From sequence record OP953026.1: a stretch of 64,000 bases of DNA. One strand, 5' to 3'. Position 1 is the first letter of the stretch; each line of letters starts with the position of its first letter. Made by a program: the position numbers and the translations under genes. Below, piece after piece: positions 1 through 14,589 of this stretch. Under the pieces are notes generated by a model, which ran no database searches, had not been told where the DNA came from, and saw nothing but the letters and a program-made list of their open reading frames with translations.

Positions 1-1829
<1,829 letters not shown>

Positions 1830-1906
1830 TACCGCTACTCCTTAAATGGATAGTAAAAAATAACTAGTATGGTCAACTATGATTAATATCTATGATTGAC
1901 TGTTAG

Positions 1907-4045
<2,139 letters not shown>

Positions 4046-4073
4046 GTGGGTGGCTTTCAGAATGAGGAAAAGT

Positions 4074-4957
<884 letters not shown>

Positions 4958-4958
<1 letters not shown>

Positions 4959-5140
4959 TGGCAAAAGTATATCCGATGGTCCCACCTGGGAAGACTCGCA
5001 ACCAAGATCAGAACTTTGATATCAATGCATTCTTTTCTCCCGATGTAGTTGCGGCTGGCAATGGTCTGGTTAGTCAACTTCGGCGAAATGCTCAAACTGA
5101 AAAGAATGAGCAGACTGTCGGTACTAACCAAAAAAGCTAA
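4958..5140 (+). CDS. Small protein translationally coupled to the tail tube gene
   Basis: 60 aa, TAATG stop/start overlap, GTAGGA RBS, lies before the terminator. Confidence 0.6.
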
Positions 5141-5142
5141 AG

Positions 5143-5172
5143 CATATCGCCTCCCTTCGGGGAGGCTTTATG
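5143..5172 (+). terminator. Intrinsic terminator of the sheath/tube operon
   Basis: GCCTCCC-TTCG-GGGAGGC stem followed by TTTATGTT. Confidence 0.85.
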
Positions 5173-5189
5173 TTGTTAAAAACTATGCT

Positions 5190-5214
5190 AAAAAATAATT
5201 AAGATATATATTAC
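5190..5214 (+). promoter_or_regulatory. phiKZ early (virion RNAP) promoter
   Basis: A-tract plus AGATATATATTAC; matches the TATATTAC early consensus. Confidence 0.8.
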
Positions 5215-5267
5215 ATGTTTGCTTATTCAATAAGTAAAACTAGATTGTAAATTTTAGAGAGGTTAAA

Positions 5268-6464
5268 ATGAAAATTAATGAACTTACAAATACTGATTTA
5301 TTATTAGAAAACCACACTATTAATAAAATTGATTGTTTACTAGGATTACTTTATAAACATAACTTCGATAAAGAATTTACATCTAAAATTAATTTTGGTA
5401 TTCTAACGCAAATGACATATCAGAAGGATGATGTCAGTTTCGTAGTGAAGCCTAGCTTTGAACAAGGTTTTATTAATATCACTTTTAGTAATGATACATC
5501 ATGGAATGTTAATTTTGCACTCATCGATGGTAAACCTAAATACATTGGTTATACTGATCAAGAAGTGACAATTGAAGAGCCGCATAGCAGGGAATATTAC
5601 ACTCTAACAAGTGAGAGTATTCGGCAATTAACAATTCAAGTATTAATTAATACATGGTATCAAGTAAATAATATTCCAAGCGAAGTATACGAGTATCAAC
5701 ATCACTGGAAACTGGATAAAAATATTCTTAACGATGATGATATTATTCGATACTATTATCGTTTCATTTTAGCTACCTATTGGGGAATGCCAACACCTGA
5801 TAGACAAGCTACATTTGAAAAGTGGTTAGAAAATGACATTGCAAATGGGGAAGGTGATGACACAACTAATAGTCATTTAAAATGGCTATTCAAACAGGAT
5901 CATTCTAATATTACTGAAACAACTAATGTTAGAGATGAAATTAATGCATGTAGTATCCACCACATTTATCCGTCAGGCAATATTACGTGTGTTTTAACTG
6001 ATAATAAGAAACCCACACGTTGGCGAGAATATGTAATGCATGCCTTCTATAAAACCATTGGGTATACTTGGGTTAATCCAATTGAACTATATTGGCATAA
6101 AGGTACTTCTGTGGAGTATGTTAGTTTAGAAACGGTTAATGCCAACCTTTTACTAGCTGCAAATATTTTCACTGTATACAGTAATTGGAATATTACGGAA
6201 AATAGCCATACTTCAGATAACTCTGTATCTATCCCAGCTATTAACCTATTTTGCATCAATAGTGAAAATAGTCAATATGCAGTATCCTTTAAGAATAAAA
6301 ATAATAACTCTTATGAATTATTTGATTCATTATCCTTAAGTGGAAATCAAATAATTTCATACACTGAAACCGCTATTGAGAAATCTAATTGTTCTGGTCC
6401 ATTGAAATTTGTAAGTGATCACGTTATCAAGTTTATTTGTAAGGAACTAACAACGTGTCGATGA
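5268..6464 (+). CDS. Hypothetical early protein (gp31-like)
   Basis: 398 aa, GAGG RBS, downstream of an early promoter. Confidence 0.75.
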   Translation: MKINELTNTDLLLENHTINKIDCLLGLLYKHNFDKEFTSKINFGILTQMTYQKDDVSFVVKPSFEQGFINITFSNDTSWNVNFALIDGKPKYIGYTDQEVTIEEPHSREYYTLTSESIRQLTIQVLINTWYQVNNIPSEVYEYQHHWKLDKNILNDDDIIRYYYRFILATYWGMPTPDRQATFEKWLENDIANGEGDDTTNSHLKWLFKQDHSNITETTNVRDEINACSIHHIYPSGNITCVLTDNKKPTRWREYVMHAFYKTIGYTWVNPIELYWHKGTSVEYVSLETVNANLLLAANIFTVYSNWNITENSHTSDNSVSIPAINLFCINSENSQYAVSFKNKNNNSYELFDSLSLSGNQIISYTETAIEKSNCSGPLKFVSDHVIKFICKELTTCR

Positions 6465-6817
6465 AGAATGAAATTGATAGTTTAACTAAAATTATTAATG
6501 ATTTATTAAAAGAGCACTTTACTAATCGTAAAGAATTTATTACGAAGATTGGTAATAAACGTATAGTCGTTCCGGGTGCTCTAGTTTTCTTCAAAAAGTT
6601 ACGTGGAGAAATTACGGCTAAGGTTTATGCAAAGCGTAAAGTAGATGGTGGCTATCATGAGCCAGCTATTAGCACTGTATGTGTTAGTAATACAAATGTA
6701 TCATGGGGTGGATTCAGTGGCACCCCACGTAAGGAAATTAAAGATAGTTTAACTATTTTTACTTATGTGGCTATTTACGATGCTCTGAAAAATTTATGTA
6801 ATGATCAATCTAGCTAA
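6455..6817 (+). CDS. Hypothetical protein
   Basis: 120 aa overlapping the previous stop; ends before the terminator. Confidence 0.65.
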   Translation: MSMKNEIDSLTKIINDLLKEHFTNRKEFITKIGNKRIVVPGALVFFKKLRGEITAKVYAKRKVDGGYHEPAISTVCVSNTNVSWGGFSGTPRKEIKDSLTIFTYVAIYDALKNLCNDQSS

Positions 6818-6830
6818 TGTTACTTAACAG

Positions 6831-6862
6831 CATAAGCCCTCCCATTGCGGGAGGGCATTATG
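6831..6862. terminator. Bidirectional terminator between convergent genes
   Basis: CATAAGCCCTCCC-ATTGC-GGGAGGGCATTATG. Confidence 0.85.
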
Positions 6863-6863
6863 T

Positions 6864-8138
6864 TTATTTTGTTTTTGTATAGTAATTCTTAGTCATAGCA
6901 CGTAGAATTAAATACAACATCAACCCAGTCCTAGTTGCTGCGATATATGCAGGTACCCTAGAATTAGTCGCATCCCTAACTAACTTCTCACCTTCTTCAC
7001 GCATGAAAATAACTTGAGCATTTTCTGTTTTAGATGCCATTATCTTTGCTCGTATTTTTACAAGCAATGTTTGTAGATCATTATTTCTAGCAACCATTGT
7101 ACGGAGTGATTGCATATAATCGAAAGCATACAATAAGCACTCATCTACGAGTTTCTCAAGCTTTTGTGCTCTAGGTTGACCGATGTTACGGGAAAGGTGT
7201 CTAAGCGTTGCCATGAACATTTCTGGAGGCATTGTGGGCATTATCTTTTCAATAATACCGACTAGCTCAGGTCTAATGAAATTTTGTTCTTGTTGCGCAA
7301 CTTGATGGATATAAGTAAGATATGAGCGATACCCAGTAGACTTATCGCGTAGAATCTGCTCACCATCAGAATTAACAGCCATATCCGATGAAATAACTAA
7401 TTTACCACCTGATTGCAGTGTTCTGATATAAACATCATAGTACTTGTTGATTAATTCACGTAGACGTGTTTGAGTATCAGATACCACACGACCAGACCAA
7501 TAATCCAGTTCTTGTGTTTTACCAGTTAAGAAAGGTGCATAAATAGAATCAGGTGCAATGATACCTTCAGCCCGTTGCCTAAATAGTTTCTCCCATGACC
7601 CAATTGTCTTAATGTCAAATCGATAATTGAGTGCGGCGAATGCAGCTTCGGCTACTTCTTTACGTGCAGGATATTTAAAGCGTGGTACAAGTAAAGATGT
7701 TAGATATTTAAAATGCAACACCATGAAACAACTAACCATTGCTTCATGTCTAATATTCAAAGGAACATTAGTTGTTTTTAAAAGCCTAGAACAAATATAG
7801 GCAGGAAGATGATTGAATACATCTGACATTACACGATGGTTAGGGTCAATGAATTCAACTGACTTAAAATCTTGGACTAACAGCGCTTCATCAATTCGTA
7901 AAACATCATCATACCAAATCTCACGATCCGTATCGAAGAATTTAACTTGTTGTACACCTAGTAATACACCACCAAAGAAAGCAGAGTGATCAGCATTCCT
8001 ATTCATAAAACTGATAGTAAAGTCAATAATTCTTTTACATAAATCGCGATCAAATTGAACATCCTTAAAATTTCTATCAAGGACTTCTTTAATAGTTGCC
8101 ATTGGGAAAACCTCCTGGAGAATCAAATCATAAGTCAT
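6864..8138 (-). CDS. Conserved virion structural protein (gp32-like)
   Basis: 424 aa (likely start MATIKEVL after GGAGG); late-type minus-strand gene. Confidence 0.75.
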   Translation of the reverse strand: MTYDLILQEVFPMATIKEVLDRNFKDVQFDRDLCKRIIDFTISFMNRNADHSAFFGGVLLGVQQVKFFDTDREIWYDDVLRIDEALLVQDFKSVEFIDPNHRVMSDVFNHLPAYICSRLLKTTNVPLNIRHEAMVSCFMVLHFKYLTSLLVPRFKYPARKEVAEAAFAALNYRFDIKTIGSWEKLFRQRAEGIIAPDSIYAPFLTGKTQELDYWSGRVVSDTQTRLRELINKYYDVYIRTLQSGGKLVISSDMAVNSDGEQILRDKSTGYRSYLTYIHQVAQQEQNFIRPELVGIIEKIMPTMPPEMFMATLRHLSRNIGQPRAQKLEKLVDECLLYAFDYMQSLRTMVARNNDLQTLLVKIRAKIMASKTENAQVIFMREEGEKLVRDATNSRVPAYIAATRTGLMLYLILRAMTKNYYTKTK

Positions 8139-8192
8139 AAAAGTACTTATGTTATTTATTCCATGTAATTACATAAATTAGAGGATAATAAA

Positions 8193-9062
8193 ATGGTTTA
8201 TAAAATGATTAGTTTATTAAACCTAGCTAACCCTAGTTTAATTCAGCAATTAAGTCAATCGGTATCTAATGAAAAAGATCTAGAAAATCTTAGAACTAGT
8301 GGTTGGCTAAAAGATGATCTTAATAATAATGTGTTTTTCATTTATTCTGAAACATCTTCTGATATTCTAGCTAGTCTAAGGATTTTTTTAAATATTGACC
8401 CATGGGTAGATAGTGGTAGTAACTATCAGAAACTAGATGTTAGTCAAGTTAGTCGATACATGACAACTGCACTTGCTTGTACTAATAATGATTATGAAGT
8501 TAATGTTATTAAAACTATTTCTAAACTATTATTATCGTTTATTAATAATCAGATATGTTCAGTTAATAATATTAAGTTTAACAATAGTGGTAATGAGACT
8601 CAACTATCAATTGGTTTAATACATGATTCTTACACACTGGACATAGATTTAAATATTGGGATGAAATCATTTATTGATAATAAAACTATTATTGATAAAT
8701 ATAAATTATTTGAAACATCGTTAAGTAAAACTAAGAGTGAATTTAATTTTTCTATAGTCACTAATGACAAAGTTAATAAAGTTGCATCCATATACAAGAC
8801 CGCAGCTACATGCGAATATGATGATGCAATTCTATTTAACAAAGATTCGCTAGTAAGTATAAAACCATTTATTGATGGACATTCACTTATTACTAATGAG
8901 CTTATTGAATCGCTTATCAAAGAAATTCAAAATAAAGAAACTAAAAAATTAAAGTTAATCAAAGTTATGTGTTCCAATCATTATCAAAGAACTCATAGAG
9001 ATTTAATCACAATTGTCTTATGCAGTCCTGTTAATATTTGGTCCATAACTATCCATGTATAG
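8193..9062 (+). CDS. Hypothetical protein (gp33-like)
   Basis: 289 aa, GAGGA RBS. Confidence 0.7.
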   Translation: MVYKMISLLNLANPSLIQQLSQSVSNEKDLENLRTSGWLKDDLNNNVFFIYSETSSDILASLRIFLNIDPWVDSGSNYQKLDVSQVSRYMTTALACTNNDYEVNVIKTISKLLLSFINNQICSVNNIKFNNSGNETQLSIGLIHDSYTLDIDLNIGMKSFIDNKTIIDKYKLFETSLSKTKSEFNFSIVTNDKVNKVASIYKTAATCEYDDAILFNKDSLVSIKPFIDGHSLITNELIESLIKEIQNKETKKLKLIKVMCSNHYQRTHRDLITIVLCSPVNIWSITIHV

Positions 9063-9069
9063 GTAACAT

Positions 9070-9273
9070 ATGGATTTAAATCCTCATGACATCGATAATC
9101 AAGCAATATTTAATTATTTAGAAATGCTGCCATCTACTTTTAAGATAACTGAATCTACTTTTATTGCTGCTGATTTTGATAGTAATGGCGATGTCATCAT
9201 ACAACTAGAGCAATCATTAATTTATACTGGCTGCTCATTATCTAAATTTAATGCGTGTTTTAACACTATGTAA
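9070..9273 (+). CDS. Small hypothetical protein
   Basis: 67 aa, AGGT RBS, followed by a terminator hairpin at 9276-9307. Confidence 0.55.
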   Translation: MDLNPHDIDNQAIFNYLEMLPSTFKITESTFIAADFDSNGDVIIQLEQSLIYTGCSLSKFNACFNTM

Positions 9274-9359
9274 ATATAATGCCCTCTCCATAAGGAGAGG
9301 GCTTATGATGTATTTTCTCTTTTATCATCTGTAGTACAATAACTCAAATATAATTGTAG

Positions 9360-10139
<780 letters not shown>

Positions 10140-10148
10140 GGTACAACC

Positions 10149-10964
10149 ATGGCTAAACGAAAAGCTCGCGCAGTAAGTGCACCGGTAACATTATCAGAAA
10201 TTAGTGAAATCCCTAATGAAGTAACTAATGCAGAGGATAGTGTCAATGAACTTGAAACCACTCCTACTGAAATTGTTTCTACTGAATCAAGTGAAAATGA
10301 AAATACCACTGCCGATTCAGAAAACACAGCCACAACTGACTCGACAACAGATGAAGAATCAGAAGACACGTCTTCTACTGAAGCAAATGGAGATGGGGAA
10401 TCAGAAGAGCCCGATCTATCGGAGAATCAGGAAGATCCGAAGGAGCCTATAGAAACGCCTGAGGAGCCCGTTGAAGATGATGATGGTTCAAGTGACCCTG
10501 ATGGTGGCACATCTGAAGAAAAGCCAACAGAAGGCGATCCAGAGGATCCTGAAGAGCCTACTGAACCTACTGGCCCTGAAGAACCCACTGATCCAATTGA
10601 TCCGGTGGAACCGCCGCCTGAAGAACCTAAAGCATTCCAATTAAACCTAGCTACAGTGAAATCACAGTTTGGTGATTTACCAACGTATTGGGCTATTGAG
10701 TTAATTAAACGTTATTTCAGTGCGCCACCTGGTATCTATATCCCAGATGTAGTCGATAACCCTGATTTCAAAATAATGGTTCAACAAGTGAAATTCTTTG
10801 GTAATGGTCTACGTCCGATATATAACTCTAAGAACATGATTACTTTCACCACTATGTTAGAAGGTGCAAGTGAAGCAACAATCTTAGAGGATATGAAGAA
10901 ACAACAACCGGCACTACTAAGTTTATTACCTTGGTATGATCCAAACGCTGAAATAGATAAATGA
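10149..10964 (+). CDS. Virion protein with long acidic Glu/Pro/Thr-rich region (gp35-like, capsid decoration)
   Basis: 271 aa; EEPTEPTGPEEPTDP repeats then a folded C-terminal domain; capsid role from recalled phiKZ structure work. Confidence 0.65.
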   Translation: MAKRKARAVSAPVTLSEISEIPNEVTNAEDSVNELETTPTEIVSTESSENENTTADSENTATTDSTTDEESEDTSSTEANGDGESEEPDLSENQEDPKEPIETPEEPVEDDDGSSDPDGGTSEEKPTEGDPEDPEEPTEPTGPEEPTDPIDPVEPPPEEPKAFQLNLATVKSQFGDLPTYWAIELIKRYFSAPPGIYIPDVVDNPDFKIMVQQVKFFGNGLRPIYNSKNMITFTTMLEGASEATILEDMKKQQPALLSLLPWYDPNAEIDK

Positions 10965-10999
10965 ACATATCGCCTCCCCTAGGGGAGGCTTTATGCTGA
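10964..10999 (+). terminator. Intrinsic terminator (36-nt exact copy at 58492-58527)
   Basis: AACATATCGCCTCCCCTAGGGGAGGCTTTATGCTGA. Confidence 0.85.
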
Positions 11000-11002
11000 G
11001 TT

Positions 11003-11027
11003 AAAAAAAGTTTAAGATCTATATTAC
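11003..11027 (+). promoter_or_regulatory. Early promoter
   Basis: AAAAAAAGTTTAAGATCTATATTAC. Confidence 0.85.
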
Positions 11028-11067
11028 TAATTTGCAATAATAAACAATATTCAAATAGGTATCTATA

Positions 11068-11883
11068 ATGACTGAATCAACTACTTTTAGTTTTACCCCT
11101 AATCCACATCTAAAAGAAATATACGATAATTTTAAAAATAAATATCCTAAAAACAGTGTAATCTACGGTTGGATAAATAAAGAAAATAATAAATGGGGAA
11201 TTACCGGTAATACGAAATATAATTCAATTACCGGTACTGGCCATAATGTTCAATACATTAATCATCTAATTTCTAGACTACTAGAAGAAGAACAACATTT
11301 TGAGAATACACGTATTGAAAGAGCATGGCTTAATTTAATTGAGTCATATGAAGACAGTTATAAAAGCGATGTATCTCACTATACTAATCTGCCATTAAAA
11401 GCCACCTTACCAATTGGTAAGCTCAATGTATTTCAAATCGGAAGAGCACACTCAGATGAACTAGGTATGATTACACTAAAATCTGCCAATGTATCAGAAA
11501 TCATTATTGAGTCTAAATCAGCTCTTGATGAAGCTCTTAATTCTATTGATTGCATTATTCATGAAAACATTAAAACTGATTTTAAAGTACTCATGCATGA
11601 ATTTTATAAAAATGAACCATATAGGCCTGATTGGTTAAAAGAAAATGGTACATGCAAATTTATTCAATCAACCTTTAACATTGGTTCATCATTTGATTTA
11701 ATTTACTATGGATGGAAGTGGGAAGGTGTAACCAGAATTAAAACAAGTGATCGAGATGCAGCTGATATGCTGTATTCTGGTATTATTATTAATACATCAA
11801 AATTAGTTAATGATCCAGATAATGAACCGTTATTTGAACAATTAGTTAATGTATGTGAAGTATCAACTGCTAAAGTAAAATAA
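11068..11883 (+). CDS. Hypothetical early protein (gp36-like)
   Basis: 271 aa after an early promoter. Confidence 0.7.
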   Translation: MTESTTFSFTPNPHLKEIYDNFKNKYPKNSVIYGWINKENNKWGITGNTKYNSITGTGHNVQYINHLISRLLEEEQHFENTRIERAWLNLIESYEDSYKSDVSHYTNLPLKATLPIGKLNVFQIGRAHSDELGMITLKSANVSEIIIESKSALDEALNSIDCIIHENIKTDFKVLMHEFYKNEPYRPDWLKENGTCKFIQSTFNIGSSFDLIYYGWKWEGVTRIKTSDRDAADMLYSGIIINTSKLVNDPDNEPLFEQLVNVCEVSTAKVK

Positions 11884-11919
11884 GTGTATTATTTTTAATA
11901 AATGAAGAGGTTAGAAAAA

Positions 11920-12741
11920 ATGACTCAATTTAACATCACCTGGGAAGAACAACTCCAAGCCCTATCTAAGCTAGATGGTTTACATCATCCACATAAATTA
12001 GAGGATATCTCCGTTCATTGGGTATTTAATCCAGTAGATATTTCAGTTTTTGTTACATGTGCGACCATGAGTAGTCATAACACCCACTATACTTTTAAAC
12101 CGCAGTCAAGTCCAGATGATGCCATGGTGCGAGAATATGTACTATCTCGCATTATTGCCGATAATCTGAAATATGTTGATAATTTATATCTAGCGGCTGG
12201 TGCCGTTATTTGCGGTAATGACGAATACATTAGTGATGGTAATGTGATTGGAATTCATATCGCTGACGGCGTAGGAGGTAACAAGCTTATTCTACCAGTC
12301 ATTGAATTTATGCCAGGCGTTCATGTTGATGATATCAGTGATGAACTAATCGAGTCGTCATCTTATCAAGGTATTTTCAAAACAGATAACCTTGAAGAGT
12401 TTGAATTCCTTGTTGATAAGAAGAATGCAATTAATGTAAAAGAATTAATTCTAGCCCATACTGATTATTTCGCTAATAAGCTGGCCTTTAAAGATCCAGC
12501 TGAACCAGCTGTAGAAATGTATCAGTTTATTGATCGGACTGAAGTATATTTTAGTTTCGAAGGATGTCATTCAGATGTTGAAGAAGTTCTATTTACTATT
12601 AAGATCACACGTTATAATCAACCGCTCAATTCAACCGCGATGCAAGTATTTTTGAAAAACCCGCTATTACCGCACATCCGGACCATCGTCCGGCAGGCCA
12701 ATCCGACGCAACGGACGCGCGGTGTACTATTTAATTTTTGA
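11920..12741 (+). CDS. dip: Dip, RNA degradosome (RNase E)-interacting inhibitor (phiKZ gp37)
   Basis: Sequence MTQFNITWEEQLQALSKLDGLHHPHKLEDISVHW... recognised from memory; 273 aa from ATG 11920 (track starts at 11902). Confidence 0.85.
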   Translation: MTQFNITWEEQLQALSKLDGLHHPHKLEDISVHWVFNPVDISVFVTCATMSSHNTHYTFKPQSSPDDAMVREYVLSRIIADNLKYVDNLYLAAGAVICGNDEYISDGNVIGIHIADGVGGNKLILPVIEFMPGVHVDDISDELIESSSYQGIFKTDNLEEFEFLVDKKNAINVKELILAHTDYFANKLAFKDPAEPAVEMYQFIDRTEVYFSFEGCHSDVEEVLFTIKITRYNQPLNSTAMQVFLKNPLLPHIRTIVRQANPTQRTRGVLFNF

Positions 12742-12816
12742 GAAATTCATTACTTTAATAGACTGTATTTCTCTTATTTATCTCTTTTCTTCTAAAAAGA
12801 AAATTATATAAATAGT

Positions 12817-12859
12817 ATATTATGTGGGGGGGACCCTTTGGGGGGGTCCCATATAATAT
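12817..12859. repeat. Intergenic palindrome containing G7-ACCCTTT-G7
   Basis: ATATTATGT-G7-ACCCTTT-G7-TCCC-ATATAATAT; the outer arms are complementary. Confidence 0.8.
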
Positions 12860-12988
12860 TCCTTATTATTAGAGAAGGGGTATAACCCATCCTTAGTTCG
12901 AGAATCTATTACTTTTAGTAATAAGGGATTGGCTATAAAAAGCCAATACCGTTTAATTTGAAAATAGAAAAATTGGAAAAAATGAAAA

Positions 12989-13501
12989 ATGACTGAACAG
13001 AAAGATTACACTCTAGTACGTACTCCACTAACTCATGATGAACTAAAGAAAGCATTTAAAGAAGATAACATTCATGCATCTGACGTTCAACTAGATAGGT
13101 TAGTTAAGTTATCTGAAGAAGTATGCAGTGTTAAAGGTAATTATAACATTCGTCCTTTAGCTAACTCAAAAGGAATGGTATTTGAATTCACCAACAAAGA
13201 TGGTGAGATCATTGCACTAATTCCTTTTGATATTTCAAAAGAACGTAAAAATGCCAAAATCCCAAAAACGAAATGGCTTACTGAACTTCTAAACGTTTAT
13301 CGTTATAAAGTTAGTAAGATTGAAGTTAAGAATGTACTTAACATGATTATTGATTGTGTTAAGTCTGGTGGTACTTGGCAAACATACATGTGTCGAGATA
13401 AGATGGTAATCGAATTTAAATCTGATACTGGTAAAGTGGTTAATGAATTAATTGTTCATCAAGAACGAACTCATGAAGAGATCGTTACTTTTAAGCACTG
13501 A
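12989..13501 (+). CDS. Hypothetical protein (gp38-like)
   Basis: 170 aa with two similar beta-hairpin segments. Confidence 0.7.
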   Translation: MTEQKDYTLVRTPLTHDELKKAFKEDNIHASDVQLDRLVKLSEEVCSVKGNYNIRPLANSKGMVFEFTNKDGEIIALIPFDISKERKNAKIPKTKWLTELLNVYRYKVSKIEVKNVLNMIIDCVKSGGTWQTYMCRDKMVIEFKSDTGKVVNELIVHQERTHEEIVTFKH

Positions 13502-13551
13502 TACCATTTACAAGTTGGTATATGAATTTATATTAAACACAATGAGGTGTA

Positions 13552-14535
13552 ATGATGTCTAAAGTAAAAACTCGAATTTACTTTTGTGGTGGTGCTGGTT
13601 TCCGTATTGGTGAACTATTCCATGGTTATCATGAGGATGTTTGCTACATTGATACCAGTGTACAAAATAAACACAAACACAATACTGACGATAATACGAT
13701 CATTATTGAAGCGGATACTAAGCTAGCTGACCAGACCGCACGTAAACGTGCTATCGGTATGGGTAAAGATCGTAAGGCAGCCGCAGAACTAATCTCTTCA
13801 CACATTCCTGCCATTGCCCATCATTTCCCAGCAGGGGATGCTAACATTGTAGTGTATTCAATGGGTGGTGCTTCTGGTTCAACTATTGGTCCTTCCCTTG
13901 TCAGTCATCTACAACAACAAGGTGAAGTAGTTGTAAGTGTGGTCATTGGATCTTACGACAGTGATATTAGTCTTCGAAATAGTAGTGGTAGCCTTAAGAC
14001 GTTTGAAGGGGTTTCCTCTGTTAGTAAAGTTCCGATGATTATTAACTATCATGAGAATGTTGAAGGTGTACCGCAGTCAATGGTGAACCAAAACATTCTT
14101 GAAGTACTAGATGCACTAGTAACTCTATTTAATCAAGAACACCAAAGTCTTGATCTAATGGATATCACTAACTGGGCACACTTCCATAAACACCATGATG
14201 TACCTGTACAGACTGTCCAATTACACGTGTGTTTTGATCGTCAAGAAGCCCAGGCTATTCTGGATCCAATTTCTATTGCTTCACTATACACTGACCCTGA
14301 TCGCGAAGTATCCATTAACACTGTTTTAACTCGTACTACTGGTTATGCTGATCCCGAGAAATATGATTTCGATCAAATGCATTTTGTGATCACTAGTCTA
14401 TCTGTTGAAGATATTCGTAAACGATTAGAAGAACGTCGTGAAATGATGAATCGAGCCAAAGCTAATATGCGTAAGCGTCAGTCTACTCTAGATGTGGATG
14501 ACCAAGCAACTAGTAGTGGTCTTGTATTCGATTAA
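13552..14535 (+). CDS. phuZ: PhuZ tubulin-like spindle protein (phiKZ gp39)
   Basis: 327 aa; CGGAG, YIDTS and MGGASGSTIG tubulin/FtsZ GTPase motifs. Confidence 0.95.
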   Translation: MMSKVKTRIYFCGGAGFRIGELFHGYHEDVCYIDTSVQNKHKHNTDDNTIIIEADTKLADQTARKRAIGMGKDRKAAAELISSHIPAIAHHFPAGDANIVVYSMGGASGSTIGPSLVSHLQQQGEVVVSVVIGSYDSDISLRNSSGSLKTFEGVSSVSKVPMIINYHENVEGVPQSMVNQNILEVLDALVTLFNQEHQSLDLMDITNWAHFHKHHDVPVQTVQLHVCFDRQEAQAILDPISIASLYTDPDREVSINTVLTRTTGYADPEKYDFDQMHFVITSLSVEDIRKRLEERREMMNRAKANMRKRQSTLDVDDQATSSGLVFD

Positions 14536-14543
14536 CCTATACT

Positions 14544-14574
14544 GGAGCCCTTCGGGGCTCCTTTTATTTTTTTT
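14544..14574 (+). terminator. Intrinsic terminator after phuZ
   Basis: GGAGCCC-TTCG-GGGCTCC plus T-run. Confidence 0.9.
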
Positions 14575-14589
14575 GTAACGAGGTGTAAT

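Noticed and set aside
10440-10630. Short DNA repeats as a CRISPR or VNTR array
   Set aside because: Irregular, in-frame coding repeats (EEP/EPT) with no repeat-spacer periodicity.
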